Origin: Cytophagales bacterium | Lineage (GTDB): Bacteria > Bacteroidota > Bacteroidia > Cytophagales > UBA9547 | DNA length: 58,842 nt | Reading direction: 5' to 3' | Assembly: GCA_043769845.1 (NCBI GenBank) | Contig: JAYVIX010000360.1 | Span: forward strand, 1-58,842 | In this document: one piece after another, positions 28,616 to 38,941 of the stretch | Numbering within the stretch: position 1 is the first letter of the stretch | Layout: each line of letters opens with the position of its first letter | Notes under the pieces: model-generated | Told to the model about the DNA's origin: nothing | Databases searched by the model: none | Seen by the model: the letters and a program-made list of their open reading frames with translations, nothing else | Position numbers and translations under genes: made by a program

Positions 28616-29092
28616 TTGAACGCCAACCTACACTACGAACAGGGAACTGCAAACGAAGAACTTCATACTAGATTTATGAAAGAAGCCTTGAAGGAAGCAC
28701 AAAAGGCTTTTGACGATGGTGAGATTCCTGTAGGGGCGGTAGTGGTATGCGAAAACAAAATCATCGCGCGAGGTTATAACCAAACCGAACGCCTCATTGA
28801 TGTGACGGCTCATGCCGAAATGATCGCCATCACGTCTGCGGCCAACTACTTGGGCGCCAAATATTTGACAGATTGTACGCTGTATGTCACCCTAGAGCCC
28901 TGCTTGATGTGTGCTGGAGCCATTTCTTGGTCGCAAATGGGAAGGATTGTATTCGGAGCCAAAGACGAAAGACGCGGTTTTAGTATGCTCGAAACACGAG
29001 TACTTCATCCCAAAACCGAAATGATTACAGGAATAATGGCGGATGAGTGTCGCCAACTTTTATTGGATTTCTTCCAAAAATTGAGAGACTAA
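28616..29092 (+). CDS. tadA: tRNA adenosine(34) deaminase
   Basis: Zinc motifs HAEMIAI and PCLMCAGA. The start is uncertain (TTG 28616 or ATG 28676). Confidence 0.85.
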   Translation: MNANLHYEQGTANEELHTRFMKEALKEAQKAFDDGEIPVGAVVVCENKIIARGYNQTERLIDVTAHAEMIAITSAANYLGAKYLTDCTLYVTLEPCLMCAGAISWSQMGRIVFGAKDERRGFSMLETRVLHPKTEMITGIMADECRQLLLDFFQKLRD

Positions 29093-29131
29093 AGAATTGA
29101 TCGCATTTTATAAGCGAACTTGCAGAAATAA

Positions 29132-29178
29132 ACAGAAAAAGGGTGCTGTGTCAACCGAGATACAGCACCCTTTTCTGT
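29132..29178. terminator. bidirectional terminator between tadA and era
   Basis: Stem acagaaaaagggtgctgt / acagcacccttttctgt between two convergent stops. Confidence 0.7.
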
Positions 29179-29189
29179 TTCTAATAAAC

Positions 29190-30089
29190 TTACCCTTGGT
29201 AACCCAATTTATTCAGCACGTTTACTTTGCTCCGCCAATCAGGTTCAACTTTTACCTGTTGTTCGAGAAATACTTTTTTGCCAAAAAATGCTTCTAAATC
29301 GGCACGAGCCGCTATTCCTAATTTTTTGATAGCATCGCCACCTTGACCGATCAAGATTCCTTTTTGGGTATCGCGCTCAACCAAAATACGAGCTGTTATC
29401 ACAATAATGTCTTCTTTTTCCTTGAAACCATCTATTACTACTTCACTGCAATAAGGAATTTCTTCTTTATATTGAATGAATATTTTTTCACGTATTATTT
29501 CTGAAGCGAAAAAACGTTCGGTGCGGTTGGTGTAGTTTTCTTGATCGAAATAAGGCGGATGTACAGGAATGTATTCCAAAATAGCCGCTTTCAATTCGTC
29601 AATTCCTACTTTGTTGAGAGCCGAAATCTGAAAACATGCTTTTGGGCGAAGTACGCTGTACCAATGTAAACGGGTTGCTTCGATTTGAGCCTGATCGGCT
29701 TTGGCCAAATCGGTTTTGTTAATAACCAAAATCAGAGGAGCTTCTACGGTATTGATGCGCCTAAGAATGGTTTCATCTATTTCTTTGTCGAAAATATCAG
29801 CTACGAAAATAACCAAATCGGCATCTTCCAAACTTCCAGTCACAAAATCCATCATGGCTTTATGCAGCGGATAGGCAGGTTTCAAGATTCCAGGAGTATC
29901 AGAATAAGCCACTTGAAAATTTGGTTCGTTCCAAATGCCCATGATACGATGGCGCGTTGTTTGTGCTTTTGAAGTAACGATCGAAAGTCGCTCGCCCATC
30001 AAGGCGTTGACCAAGGTTGATTTGCCCACATTTGGCTTGCCTACAATATTGACAAAGCCTGCTTTGAAATCGGGTTGAAGATCTTGCAT
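29190..30089 (-). CDS. era: GTPase Era
   Basis: G1 GKPNVGKST, G3 DTPG, G4 NKTD, and a C-terminal KH domain (..GQGG..IK.IG). Confidence 0.92.
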   Translation of the reverse strand: MQDLQPDFKAGFVNIVGKPNVGKSTLVNALMGERLSIVTSKAQTTRHRIMGIWNEPNFQVAYSDTPGILKPAYPLHKAMMDFVTGSLEDADLVIFVADIFDKEIDETILRRINTVEAPLILVINKTDLAKADQAQIEATRLHWYSVLRPKACFQISALNKVGIDELKAAILEYIPVHPPYFDQENYTNRTERFFASEIIREKIFIQYKEEIPYCSEVVIDGFKEKEDIIVITARILVERDTQKGILIGQGGDAIKKLGIAARADLEAFFGKKVFLEQQVKVEPDWRSKVNVLNKLGYQG

Positions 30090-30277
30090 AAAAAGAATGT
30101 ATGCTGCAAAGGTAAGCAGAATTTGGCTCTAAGATTTGATAATTAAACCGAAGCTGGTTTAGTAAAAGAGGTTGGTGAGGACACAGACCTTTTCTTTTTT
30201 TGAAAAAAATACTCAATTATATTTTGCATTATTGAGTATTTATACTCTAAATTTGTCGACAATTTTACACTTTAACA

Positions 30278-31762
30278 ATGGAAATTTCAGGAAAAAGTCA
30301 TCGTATTCTCACACTAAACACCGTTGCCTTTGCCATTTGTTTCGCCTGTTGGACAATGAATGGCGTTTTAGTCACTTACTTGGTCGATAATGGCATTTAC
30401 AATTGGTCGGTGATCGAAATGGGTTGGTTGCTCGGAATTCCTATACTTAGTGGTTCGTTGATGCGATTGCCGATCGGAATCTTGACTGATAAGTTTGGCG
30501 GAAAACCAGTCTTTAGTCTTCTTTTGTTTTTGTGCTCCATTCCCTTGTTTCTTCTTTATTTTGCCGATAGCTACGCCATGTTTGCCTTGCTTAGTTTTTG
30601 TTTTGGCATGGTGGGTACTAGTTTTGCGGTGGGTATTGCGTATACATCGGTCTGGTATCCCAAACATTGGCAAGGACGTGCGCTGGGTATTTTCGGTATG
30701 GGAAATGCGGGTGCTGCACTAACTACTTTTATGGCACCAACGCTACTCGGTTATTTATCCCAAAACAACTCGGAAAATGGCTGGCGTTTACTTCCCGTCA
30801 TTTACGGTGCGGTATTGTTGGTGATGGCCGTTTTTTTCCAACTTTTTGCTGAAAATAAAAAAGCGGTACAAACCAGCAAAACGATGTCACAAATGCTTTC
30901 GCCACTAAAAAGCGTGCGGGTATGGCGTTTTGGCTTATATTATTTCTTGGTGTTCGGAATGTTTGTGGCCTTGTCGCAATGGCTGTTGCCGTATTATGTG
31001 AACGTGTACAAAACATCCTTGGTCTTGGGAGGCCTATTTGCTTCCTTGTTCAGTTTGCCTTCGGGCGTGATACGTGCTTTGGGTGGCTACCTGTCCGACA
31101 AGTTTGGTGCTAGGCAAGTAATGTATTGGGTATTAGGTTCTTCTGTAATACTGAGTCTTTTACTGATGATTCCAAAAATGGACATTTACACTCCGGGTAA
31201 AGGTGTGATGGCACGTAAAACAGGAGTTGTGGCCAGTGCAGCAGCACAAGAAGTAAAAGTGGACGGCATTAGCTACCCTATCATACCAAAAAAAGAGACG
31301 GACGAAACGGGCTCTGTTTTTCCAACAAAAACATCGTGGCAACAAATTGTGGTAACGTCTAACCAACCCATCAAGAAGAAAACCCTGATAGCCGAAGGAA
31401 TAACAAAAATACATTTTGAGGCTAATATGTGGGTGTACACCGTTTTGGTAGTGCTGATTGGAATAAGTTGGGGTATTGGCAAAGCCGCTGTTTACAAGCA
31501 CATTCCCGAATACTTCCCAAACGAGGTAGGTGTAGTGGGCGGAATGGTGGGTCTTATTGGCGGACTAGGAGGTTTTGTGGGCCCCATTATTTTTGGTTAT
31601 TTGTTGGAATCAACTGGTCTGTGGACAAGCTTATGGGTCTTGATGTTCTTTGTTTCCTTGTTTTTGCTTGTTTGGATGCACCGTACTATTATCTCTATGC
31701 ACCAAAAAGAAAGCCAGCATTTATCCAATCAGTTTGATAGATATGAAACCAAGAAAGTTTAA
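30278..31762 (+). CDS. MFS transporter, nitrate/nitrite porter (NNP)-like
   Basis: 12 predicted TM segments. SGSLMRLPIGILTDKFGGKP resembles the NNP signature. A ~90-aa hydrophilic insert lies between the two halves. Confidence 0.75.
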   Translation: MEISGKSHRILTLNTVAFAICFACWTMNGVLVTYLVDNGIYNWSVIEMGWLLGIPILSGSLMRLPIGILTDKFGGKPVFSLLLFLCSIPLFLLYFADSYAMFALLSFCFGMVGTSFAVGIAYTSVWYPKHWQGRALGIFGMGNAGAALTTFMAPTLLGYLSQNNSENGWRLLPVIYGAVLLVMAVFFQLFAENKKAVQTSKTMSQMLSPLKSVRVWRFGLYYFLVFGMFVALSQWLLPYYVNVYKTSLVLGGLFASLFSLPSGVIRALGGYLSDKFGARQVMYWVLGSSVILSLLLMIPKMDIYTPGKGVMARKTGVVASAAAQEVKVDGISYPIIPKKETDETGSVFPTKTSWQQIVVTSNQPIKKKTLIAEGITKIHFEANMWVYTVLVVLIGISWGIGKAAVYKHIPEYFPNEVGVVGGMVGLIGGLGGFVGPIIFGYLLESTGLWTSLWVLMFFVSLFLLVWMHRTIISMHQKESQHLSNQFDRYETKKV

Positions 31763-31768
31763 ATCCCT

Positions 31769-31810
31769 AAAAGCAGTTCTTGCTTAAACACTGTCCTAGT
31801 GTGAGTACCC
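31769..31810 (+). repeat. 42-nt direct repeat, copy 1 (immediately 3' of the MFS gene)
   Basis: aaaagcagttcttgcttaaacactgtcctagtgtgagtaccc. 39 of 42 nt identical to 33003-33044. Confidence 0.75.
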
Positions 31811-31812
31811 GG

Positions 31813-31847
31813 AAAAGGGGCTGAAATCTGGTTTCAGCCCCTTTTTT
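31813..31847 (+). terminator. rho-independent terminator
   Basis: Stem aaaaggggctgaaa / tttcagcccctttt followed by a T-run. Confidence 0.75.
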
Positions 31848-31951
31848 ATGATCTATAGTTCGATTATAATTTATTTATTTATTTAAATAATTAAGTATTA
31901 TTGGGAACATTTGCTTTTGTAGAAGTCTATTATTTATAAAATGTAAAAACC

Positions 31952-32872
31952 ATGAAAAAAACACTACTTATCATCATTTGTCTTGTTTCATTTTCCAAAA
32001 TGAATGCACAACAAGTAAACTCAACCCTAGGATTTGAAAAAAATGAAACCAATAATACAATCAAGGTTACTAGTTTAACTGGCGATTGGCAGATTGGAAA
32101 ACCACAAAAGAAAGTTTTTAATGCCGCAAAAACAGGAATAGGAGTAGCGGTCACCGATACCTCAAAATCTTATTCAGCAAAAAAGATCTCTCAAATGACG
32201 GTCTTGTTTCAAACAAAATATAGAGGTAATATATCAATTGATTTTGATCAGCGATTAGATATAAATGACAATGTGGATTCTAGTAAAATCGAACTTTCTT
32301 TCGATAAAGGTTTGAATTGGTTTAATATGCCCCAAACGCAACAATTTTTGAGATGCCAAGGAGGATATCTTTCTTACTCAGGTTTCAACCAACAAGGCAC
32401 TAATTCTGCTAATACTACTAGTAATACAAACTGGACGAATGAAAGATTAGGAATCTATTTAATTATGCTTCTTAGGATTGAAGATTGCCCATTTAAGCGA
32501 CAAACTGAGTTGGACACTCTTATGATGCGATTTAGCTTTTATAGTAATACTTCAAAACCTACAAAAGACGGCTGGATGATAGATAATCTAAGAATGCGAG
32601 CAGATTTTTTGGGAGGAATTGAAAGCCTAGAGAATCAAAATGAAGCACTACGTTTGGCTCCTAATCCTTCAACTAATGAGGTGGTCAGGTTGCAATTGAT
32701 TGATCTTAACGTGGGTGTCAAAGGTTGGATATTGGAGAATATGAATGGTGCCATTCTTAAAAATCAATCCAACTCGGATGAGATCGAAACTTCTGACTTG
32801 CAGAAAGGAATGTATATTGTGAAGATCGAAACAACAAACGGTTGGTTCAATAAAAAATTGATAATTCGATAA
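31952..32872 (+). CDS. secreted protein with a T9SS C-terminal sorting domain
   Basis: Signal peptide. The last ~75 aa (LAPNPSTNEV..L....GMYIVKIET..G...KKLII) match the type A Por/T9SS CTD pattern. Confidence 0.75.
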   Translation: MKKTLLIIICLVSFSKMNAQQVNSTLGFEKNETNNTIKVTSLTGDWQIGKPQKKVFNAAKTGIGVAVTDTSKSYSAKKISQMTVLFQTKYRGNISIDFDQRLDINDNVDSSKIELSFDKGLNWFNMPQTQQFLRCQGGYLSYSGFNQQGTNSANTTSNTNWTNERLGIYLIMLLRIEDCPFKRQTELDTLMMRFSFYSNTSKPTKDGWMIDNLRMRADFLGGIESLENQNEALRLAPNPSTNEVVRLQLIDLNVGVKGWILENMNGAILKNQSNSDEIETSDLQKGMYIVKIETTNGWFNKKLIIR

Positions 32873-33002
32873 GGTTAATGTAGGGTGAACGTAAACTCAC
32901 ACTCTTCTCTAACACAACTCCGTACTTTTATCAACCAACGGAATTCACAATCTATTTAAGATGTTTGTTCTTGAAGTTTGAAGATAAAAAAGTAGAATCC
33001 AA

Positions 33003-33044
33003 AAAAGCAATTCTTGCTTAAACATTGTCCTAGTGTAAGTACCC
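33003..33044 (+). repeat. 42-nt direct repeat, copy 2 (3' of the T9SS cargo gene), followed by its own hairpin at 33051-33080
   Basis: aaaagcaattcttgcttaaacattgtcctagtgtaagtaccc. 3 mismatches to copy 1. Confidence 0.75.
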
Positions 33045-33326
33045 AGTTTCAAGAGGCTGCCACAATAAAGCGGCCTCTTTAGTTAGTTGTTTTGTATTTA
33101 ACACAAAATCAAATACTTTTATAAAAGAGAGGTTTAGATTGTTTGCTATATTTATTCCTATTTCACAAAAAGGATTTTTAGATTTTATCGACTCACTCGA
33201 ACCAATGGCTTATTTCGAACGCAGGTATTGAGTAACTAAATCTATTTTTAAAATTTATCCTTGTAATAAAAATCCAAGGCATAAAAAAATTAAAAATAAT
33301 TCGTGAAATACCAGTTTAAGGTTCTT

Positions 33327-33533
33327 TTAGGAACGACTAAATAGGTTAGCCACCCATGAAATGCCTTTCGAAATGGTAGATGAAATAAACATCACGGCCA
33401 TAATAAAAATGGAAAAAACGGCCAAAACTGGATAGAACAATGCAAACATGATGTTCCAGATGATCCAAACAATCGATTTTTTGGGTCTCTCAATTTTGAT
33501 GTAGCCTTCCTCGCCTTCGTGTGGTATGTCCAT
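33327..33533 (-). CDS. hypothetical small membrane protein
   Basis: 68 aa with two hydrophobic helices. No family recognised. Confidence 0.4.
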   Translation of the reverse strand: MDIPHEGEEGYIKIERPKKSIVWIIWNIMFALFYPVLAVFSIFIMAVMFISSTISKGISWVANLFSRS

Positions 33534-33553
33534 AGTTCAAATATAAACAATTG

Positions 33554-33597
33554 ATGTAGGGGTTCAAAATTTTGAACCCCTACATTTTGAACCCCCT
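33554..33597. promoter_or_regulatory. perfect 28-bp palindrome plus a third half-site in a divergent promoter region
   Basis: gtaggggttcaaaa/ttttgaacccctac (33554-33581), then ttttgaaccccctac (33583-33597). Confidence 0.5.
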
Positions 33598-33717
33598 ACA
33601 AATTCCTATCTTTGCGGTTTCAATAAATATCAAATTGTTTGTTTTAGAAAAAATAAATAACCGTTGATACCAACCTCATTCGACTATTAATTATTGACTA
33701 TTAATTATTAATTATAC

Positions 33718-34830
33718 ATGTCTTCCAAAAAGAAAGTCCTTTTCATCGACCGTGACGGAACCATTATCATCGAACCACCTGTCGATTTTCAAATAGATTC
33801 GCTCGAAAAACTGGAATTCCTTCCAAAATCCATCACCAATCTTCACAAAATTGCGTCAGAATTGGATTATGAATTGGTGATGGTAACCAACCAAGATGGA
33901 TTGGGAACGGCTTCATTTCCAGAAGACACTTTTTGGCCTGCACACAACAAAATGATGAAAACGTTGGAAGGTGAAGGGATTCATTTTGCAAAAGTACACA
34001 TCGACAAATCGTTCGAGCACGAAAACAAGCCTACTCGGAAACCTGCTATCGGCATGTTGACGGAATATTTGAATGGAAGTTATGACCTAGAAAATTCCTG
34101 CGTCATTGGCGACCGCCTCACCGATGTAAAACTAGCCGACAACCTTGGCAGTAAATCCATCTTTATCAGCAAAACAAAACCAGAATCAATCTCTGTCAAC
34201 TGTCAACTAACGACCGACAACTGGGACGAAATCTACCGTTTCCTTCGTTATCCAGAAAGAAAGGCCGAAATTCAACGCGATACGAAAGAAACTAAAATTC
34301 ATATCCAACTGAACTTGGATGGAACCGGCCAATCGAAAATGGAAACTGGGTTGGGATTCTTCGATCATATGTTGGATCAGTTGGCTCGCCATTCGGGCTG
34401 CGATCTTTTCATCAAAGTAGAAGGCGACCTTCATGTAGACGAGCATCATACGATTGAAGACACAGCTTTGGCACTTGGCGAAGCCTTCTCAAAAGCGATA
34501 GGCGACAAGCGTGGAATTGAACGCTACGGCTATTTGTTGCCGATGGACGATGTGCTGGCACAAGTAGCGATCGATTTCTCGGGCCGCAATTGGCTAATGT
34601 GGGACGTAGAATTCAAACGCGAAAAAGTGGGCGACATGCCTACCGAAATGTTCTACCATTTCTTCAAATCATTTACCGATACGGCTCGTTGCAACCTAAA
34701 CGTGAAATGCGAAGGCGAAAACGAACACCACAAAATAGAATCCATCTTCAAAGCCTGGGCCAAAAGCATCAAAATGGCCGTGAAACGTGGGGAAAGTAAT
34801 GCGATTCCTAGTACGAAGGGGATTTTGTAG
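33718..34830 (+). CDS. hisB: bifunctional histidinol-phosphatase / imidazoleglycerol-phosphate dehydratase
   Basis: HAD motif FIDRDGT in the N-terminal half. IGPD motifs (D.HHTIED.A.ALG, ..G.N.HH..E) in the C-terminal half. Confidence 0.92.
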   Translation: MSSKKKVLFIDRDGTIIIEPPVDFQIDSLEKLEFLPKSITNLHKIASELDYELVMVTNQDGLGTASFPEDTFWPAHNKMMKTLEGEGIHFAKVHIDKSFEHENKPTRKPAIGMLTEYLNGSYDLENSCVIGDRLTDVKLADNLGSKSIFISKTKPESISVNCQLTTDNWDEIYRFLRYPERKAEIQRDTKETKIHIQLNLDGTGQSKMETGLGFFDHMLDQLARHSGCDLFIKVEGDLHVDEHHTIEDTALALGEAFSKAIGDKRGIERYGYLLPMDDVLAQVAIDFSGRNWLMWDVEFKREKVGDMPTEMFYHFFKSFTDTARCNLNVKCEGENEHHKIESIFKAWAKSIKMAVKRGESNAIPSTKGIL

Positions 34831-34852
34831 TATTAGGTTTGGGGAATTAGGT

Positions 34853-34890
34853 AAAAAGTGCTGTCACTGACTTGTGACAGCACTTTTTTT
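34853..34890. terminator. bidirectional terminator between hisB and ptuB-like gene
   Basis: Perfect stem aaaaagtgctgtcac / gtgacagcacttttt with a T-run. Confidence 0.8.
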
Positions 34891-34892
34891 GA

Positions 34893-35627
34893 CTAAACCA
34901 ATTCAGGAAAATTGGCCTTTATCATTCCTCTGAATTCACAAGAATCTTGTTTGTATTTTTGAATAAGAGCTTTCACTTCTAAATGACTTGGATCTAGTTT
35001 TGCCAAATCCAAAAGAGCCTTCGCAATTTTCAGAAATTCTAACCTTTCTTCGTTTAGTCTATCCAAACCTGTTCTTTGAATGGTAATTCTGCCTTTTTCT
35101 GTTTTTCCGTAAGCTATTTCCTGTCGGAAAGAGACATGTTCTTCGGGATCTTCTTTCGAAGGATGAACAAGCAATGGATCTTCTTTTGTTATCTCATCAT
35201 GATGAGATAAGGCTCTTTTGGTAGGATTTGTAAGTGGAAAAAAGTTCTTTTTGAATTGTTGATTACAGAATTGACATGAGAAAAATAGATTGTCCCAATC
35301 ATAGGCTAGCCAATAGTAGCCGGGTTTTTGCAATTTCTCGTTTTCGTCTTGCTGATAGCCACCCTTTGGTCTGAAATGCTCTACATCACCATAGGCATTA
35401 TTGCCAAACTTGCCTTCACAAAAACAGCATTTTTGATGTTGTACGCTTTTCAACTTGGATTTCACAGTTTCGTGACCATAAATATCCTCGTCAATTTTCA
35501 TCTTTTTCTTCCCTGAAATATACTCACTTGGGCTTGAGTCATATTCCTGACAATGAGCTGTTTTTTTAGCTTGACCTTTGGTGGTAAGAATAGTAGGAAT
35601 CTCTGATCCTTTATCGATCCGAATCAT
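34893..35627 (-). CDS. ptuB: HNH endonuclease, Septu PtuB-like (TIGR02646-type)
   Basis: CCFCEGKF....GDVEHFRPKG ... WDNLFFSCQFCNQ..K HNH core. Lies 11 nt downstream of the ATPase gene. Confidence 0.7.
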   Translation of the reverse strand: MIRIDKGSEIPTILTTKGQAKKTAHCQEYDSSPSEYISGKKKMKIDEDIYGHETVKSKLKSVQHQKCCFCEGKFGNNAYGDVEHFRPKGGYQQDENEKLQKPGYYWLAYDWDNLFFSCQFCNQQFKKNFFPLTNPTKRALSHHDEITKEDPLLVHPSKEDPEEHVSFRQEIAYGKTEKGRITIQRTGLDRLNEERLEFLKIAKALLDLAKLDPSHLEVKALIQKYKQDSCEFRGMIKANFPELV

Positions 35628-35638
35628 AAAAAAATAGA

Positions 35639-36892
35639 CTAGATTCCTTGTAGTTTGCGTGCTGCGTTGCGGATGATTTCCATCGCTTTAATATCATCCG
35701 AAGTCTCACCGACAGGTAGATCGCCTATTTGTTTTTCTAGAGATGCAACCAAAGCCTCGTCTTCTTTTGTCAAAGTTTTTTGAGATAAAATCTCTGCTCT
35801 TTTTCTGATGGCATCTTCCGTTTGTGGTGGACGAGCTGTTTCCAAACCAAAAAGATCGCTTGTTAAGATTTGGTCTACACGCCAATTCTTGATGGTGTCC
35901 ATGTGATTGTAGATTTTCACACCGTCCTCTTCTTTTTTGAGCAAGACAATATTAGCATCTGCTGGTGCAGCCTGAACTATCAACGGACTGTGTGAAGTAA
36001 CAATAAACTGGGTATTCGGGAAATGACGATCTAAATCTTGGATAATTCTTCGTTGCCAAGAAGGATGAAGGTGTAAATCTATTTCATCTACCAAACAGAT
36101 TGCTGGTTCTGCTAGTGGATTTTCGCTTTCTGGGAAACGTTCAAACATCCTACGAGCAAAGTCCAACACCCAAGCCATCATCGTTAAATATCCATGACTG
36201 AGGTCGCGCATAGGGACTCTACCATGATCGGTTACTGCTATTACTGAGTTTTTGAAAACTTTGCTTGTTTCAAATTCAAAATCTTGAACGTCAGGAAGAA
36301 TATCTACTAGAAGCTTTTTAATTTTTTCTAATCTGGCTTTTGAATCTGGCGCATTATTTTTTAGTGCGTAATCAGCTTGAAGAAGCCATTCTTCTCCATT
36401 TAACAGTTCAGAATCAAACAACAAACTAGAATGCCGATCATCATCATTTGTTGTGTTTGATAATGCAGAATTAGACATCTTTCTAGAAGCTCCAAAAGCA
36501 ATTATTCTTAATGTATCAAGATTCGGGTTTTCTGCCGCCAGCATTTCTGAAGATCCTTCAAATTTTATAAAGCCAATATCATCATTGTTCCATACTTTAA
36601 GGACAAGACCTCCTAGATTATTAATGTTTGCTTTTAACAATTCTGGGGCAAAATGCAACCATGGGATATAAAGCGTTTTCTCTTTAACTTTTTCAAGAGC
36701 ATAACTTGAATCAGCAGGAGAGCAAAAAACTATCGACTTCAAAAGTGTGGTTTTTCCCGTTCCGTTATTTCCCAAAATGATATTCCACTTGCTGGGTTTT
36801 TTATCTGTAGAAAGCTCTAATATTTGCTTTGTCTTAAAGCACTTTACTCCTTCTACTTCTAATGAACCAAGATATGGGAAGTCGCTATTCAT
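35639..36892 (-). CDS. ptuA: ABC/AAA_21-type ATPase, Septu PtuA-like
   Basis: Walker A GNNGTGKTT, Walker B CLVDEIDLHLHP, H-loop region VTSHSP. No transmembrane or substrate-binding partner. Confidence 0.7.
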   Translation of the reverse strand: MNSDFPYLGSLEVEGVKCFKTKQILELSTDKKPSKWNIILGNNGTGKTTLLKSIVFCSPADSSYALEKVKEKTLYIPWLHFAPELLKANINNLGGLVLKVWNNDDIGFIKFEGSSEMLAAENPNLDTLRIIAFGASRKMSNSALSNTTNDDDRHSSLLFDSELLNGEEWLLQADYALKNNAPDSKARLEKIKKLLVDILPDVQDFEFETSKVFKNSVIAVTDHGRVPMRDLSHGYLTMMAWVLDFARRMFERFPESENPLAEPAICLVDEIDLHLHPSWQRRIIQDLDRHFPNTQFIVTSHSPLIVQAAPADANIVLLKKEEDGVKIYNHMDTIKNWRVDQILTSDLFGLETARPPQTEDAIRKRAEILSQKTLTKEDEALVASLEKQIGDLPVGETSDDIKAMEIIRNAARKLQGI

Positions 36893-36925
36893 AAAATGTA
36901 TTTACTCTGTAATAAGTAAAGTTAA

Positions 36926-38941
36926 TTAATTTCTTTTTGGATAGACCTCCTCCACACTCATCACCGGCAACTGACACGTTTTATTTTGACACACATAAAT
37001 AGCCGTTTGTCCATTTATCGCAGTTCGGTTTGCGAGTAATTCTAGAGAACTTGTTGTTTGGGTACCAACAAAAACTTTATTGGCAAAATGTTGATCGTCA
37101 AGTTCTTTTCTGAAATCCAAGGCCTTTTCGCCTACAATTGCGATCTCGTGTATTGGTTTAAGGAGATAAAGCGAGGTGCTTGCCCAATTCGCCAAATAAT
37201 AAGGCTCCCTCGAAAGTAGATTTTGGACGGTTTGTACCATTTTCTCGCCAATGGTTACGTAGGTGTCGTTGCCCAGCAAATGACCAAGCAAGATCAGATT
37301 GGTCGCCATCATGGAATTGGAAGCAGGGATGACATTGTCAAAAATCTCTTTCTTCCTCGCGATCAGTTTTTCCGATGCTGACGAAGTAAAGAAAAACAAA
37401 TGCTCATTCTCGTCCCAAAAATTAGCCAAACAGGTTTCTGTCAATGTTTCTGCCAAACGAAGCCATTTCTCTTCAAAAGTAGCTTGATACAAATTGCTGA
37501 ACGCCTGAATAACGGCCGCGTAATCTTCCAAATAGCCTTCTATTTTGGCTGTCCCGTTTTTGTAGGAATGAAAAAGTTGGCCGTTTTGAATCAGGTTTTT
37601 CTCTATAAAATGGGCGTTGTCAATGGCCATCTGCAGGAATAATTCCTCATCAAAAACTCTATACGCATCTACGATTCCATTCAACATCAGTCCGTTCCAT
37701 GAAGCAAGTATTTTGTCGTCCAAACCTGGGCGAACTCTTTTTTCTCTTTCTTTTAGAAGGATGCTTTGCCATTCTTTTTCCAAAAGTTGAAAATCGGGAT
37801 GGACAAGGTTGTTTTTCTTGCAGAATTCTTCACTTGTCTCGTTTCTGCACAAGATGTTGGTTTCGTGTTCCCAAGTGCCTTCTTCGTACACATTGTAGTA
37901 TTTTAGGAAGAGCGATTTTTGGGGCAAGTCCAAGTGGACGATTTCGTCAAACGTCCATACATAAAACTTTCCTTCCACACCTTCGCTGTCTGCGTCAAGG
38001 GCGGAATAAAATCCGTGTTCTGACGAGGTAAGTTCGCGTTCCACAAAGGCAATGGTTTGGAAAACTGTTTCTTTGTAGAGTGGTTCTTTGGTGAGCTGGT
38101 ATGCTTCGGAATACAGACTCACCAATTGCCCATTGTCGTACAACATTTTCTCGAAATGAGGAGCAAACCATTCTACGTCAGTACTATAACGAGCAAAACC
38201 TCCACCAATTTGGTCGTAGATTCCACCCAAAGCCATTTTTTTCAATGTGAGATGCAACTGGTCGAGAGCAGCCTGGTTTTTGCTGTGTGCATAATAGCGC
38301 AATAAAAATAACCAAACACATGGCATCGGGAATTTTGGTGCACGATTGTTTCCGCCCAGTTCGGTATCAAACGAGCGAGCCAAATGGGCAAACATTTGGT
38401 CGTAGTGCTCTTGTGACAGCGTAATGGTTTCGGCACCCAATCCATATTTTTCAAATTCCGAACGATTGAGTGTAGTCGCAAATCCATCAGCCGATTGTTC
38501 CAGTTTTTTGCGGTCGTTCACAAACGCATTTTGGACTCCTTCAAGCAAATTTGCCCATTTGTTGGCTGGAAAATAAGTACCTCCATAAAACGGTTTCCCA
38601 TCAGGCATCAGCACCACATTCAAAGGCCAGCCACCTTGCAAACCCATGGCATGGACAGCATCCATATAAATCTGGTCAATATCGGGACGTTCTTCACGGT
38701 CTACTTTTATGCACACGAAATGTGCGTTCATCAGTTTGGCGATCTCCGCATTTTCGAAGCTTTCGCGCTCCATCACATGGCACCAATGGCAGGCCGAATA
38801 GCCTACACTTAGGATAATCGGTTTGTCTTCCGCCTTGGCTTTCTCCAACGCTTCCTCTCCCCACGGAAACCAATCTACAGGATTGTGGGCATGTTGAAGT
38901 AAATATGGACTGGTTTCTTGGGCTAGGCGGTTGGCAAACAT
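36926..38941 (-). CDS. yyaL: thioredoxin-domain protein YyaL (DUF255 plus six-hairpin glycosidase-like domain)
   Basis: N-terminal [15 protein letters not shown] and [16 protein letters not shown] motifs. 671 aa. Confidence 0.85.
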   Translation of the reverse strand: MFANRLAQETSPYLLQHAHNPVDWFPWGEEALEKAKAEDKPIILSVGYSACHWCHVMERESFENAEIAKLMNAHFVCIKVDREERPDIDQIYMDAVHAMGLQGGWPLNVVLMPDGKPFYGGTYFPANKWANLLEGVQNAFVNDRKKLEQSADGFATTLNRSEFEKYGLGAETITLSQEHYDQMFAHLARSFDTELGGNNRAPKFPMPCVWLFLLRYYAHSKNQAALDQLHLTLKKMALGGIYDQIGGGFARYSTDVEWFAPHFEKMLYDNGQLVSLYSEAYQLTKEPLYKETVFQTIAFVERELTSSEHGFYSALDADSEGVEGKFYVWTFDEIVHLDLPQKSLFLKYYNVYEEGTWEHETNILCRNETSEEFCKKNNLVHPDFQLLEKEWQSILLKEREKRVRPGLDDKILASWNGLMLNGIVDAYRVFDEELFLQMAIDNAHFIEKNLIQNGQLFHSYKNGTAKIEGYLEDYAAVIQAFSNLYQATFEEKWLRLAETLTETCLANFWDENEHLFFFTSSASEKLIARKKEIFDNVIPASNSMMATNLILLGHLLGNDTYVTIGEKMVQTVQNLLSREPYYLANWASTSLYLLKPIHEIAIVGEKALDFRKELDDQHFANKVFVGTQTTSSLELLANRTAINGQTAIYVCQNKTCQLPVMSVEEVYPKRN

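Noticed and set aside
33598-33717. His-leader attenuator upstream of hisB
   Set aside because: There is no short ORF with consecutive His codons in the leader. The palindrome is reported separately as an unexplained element.
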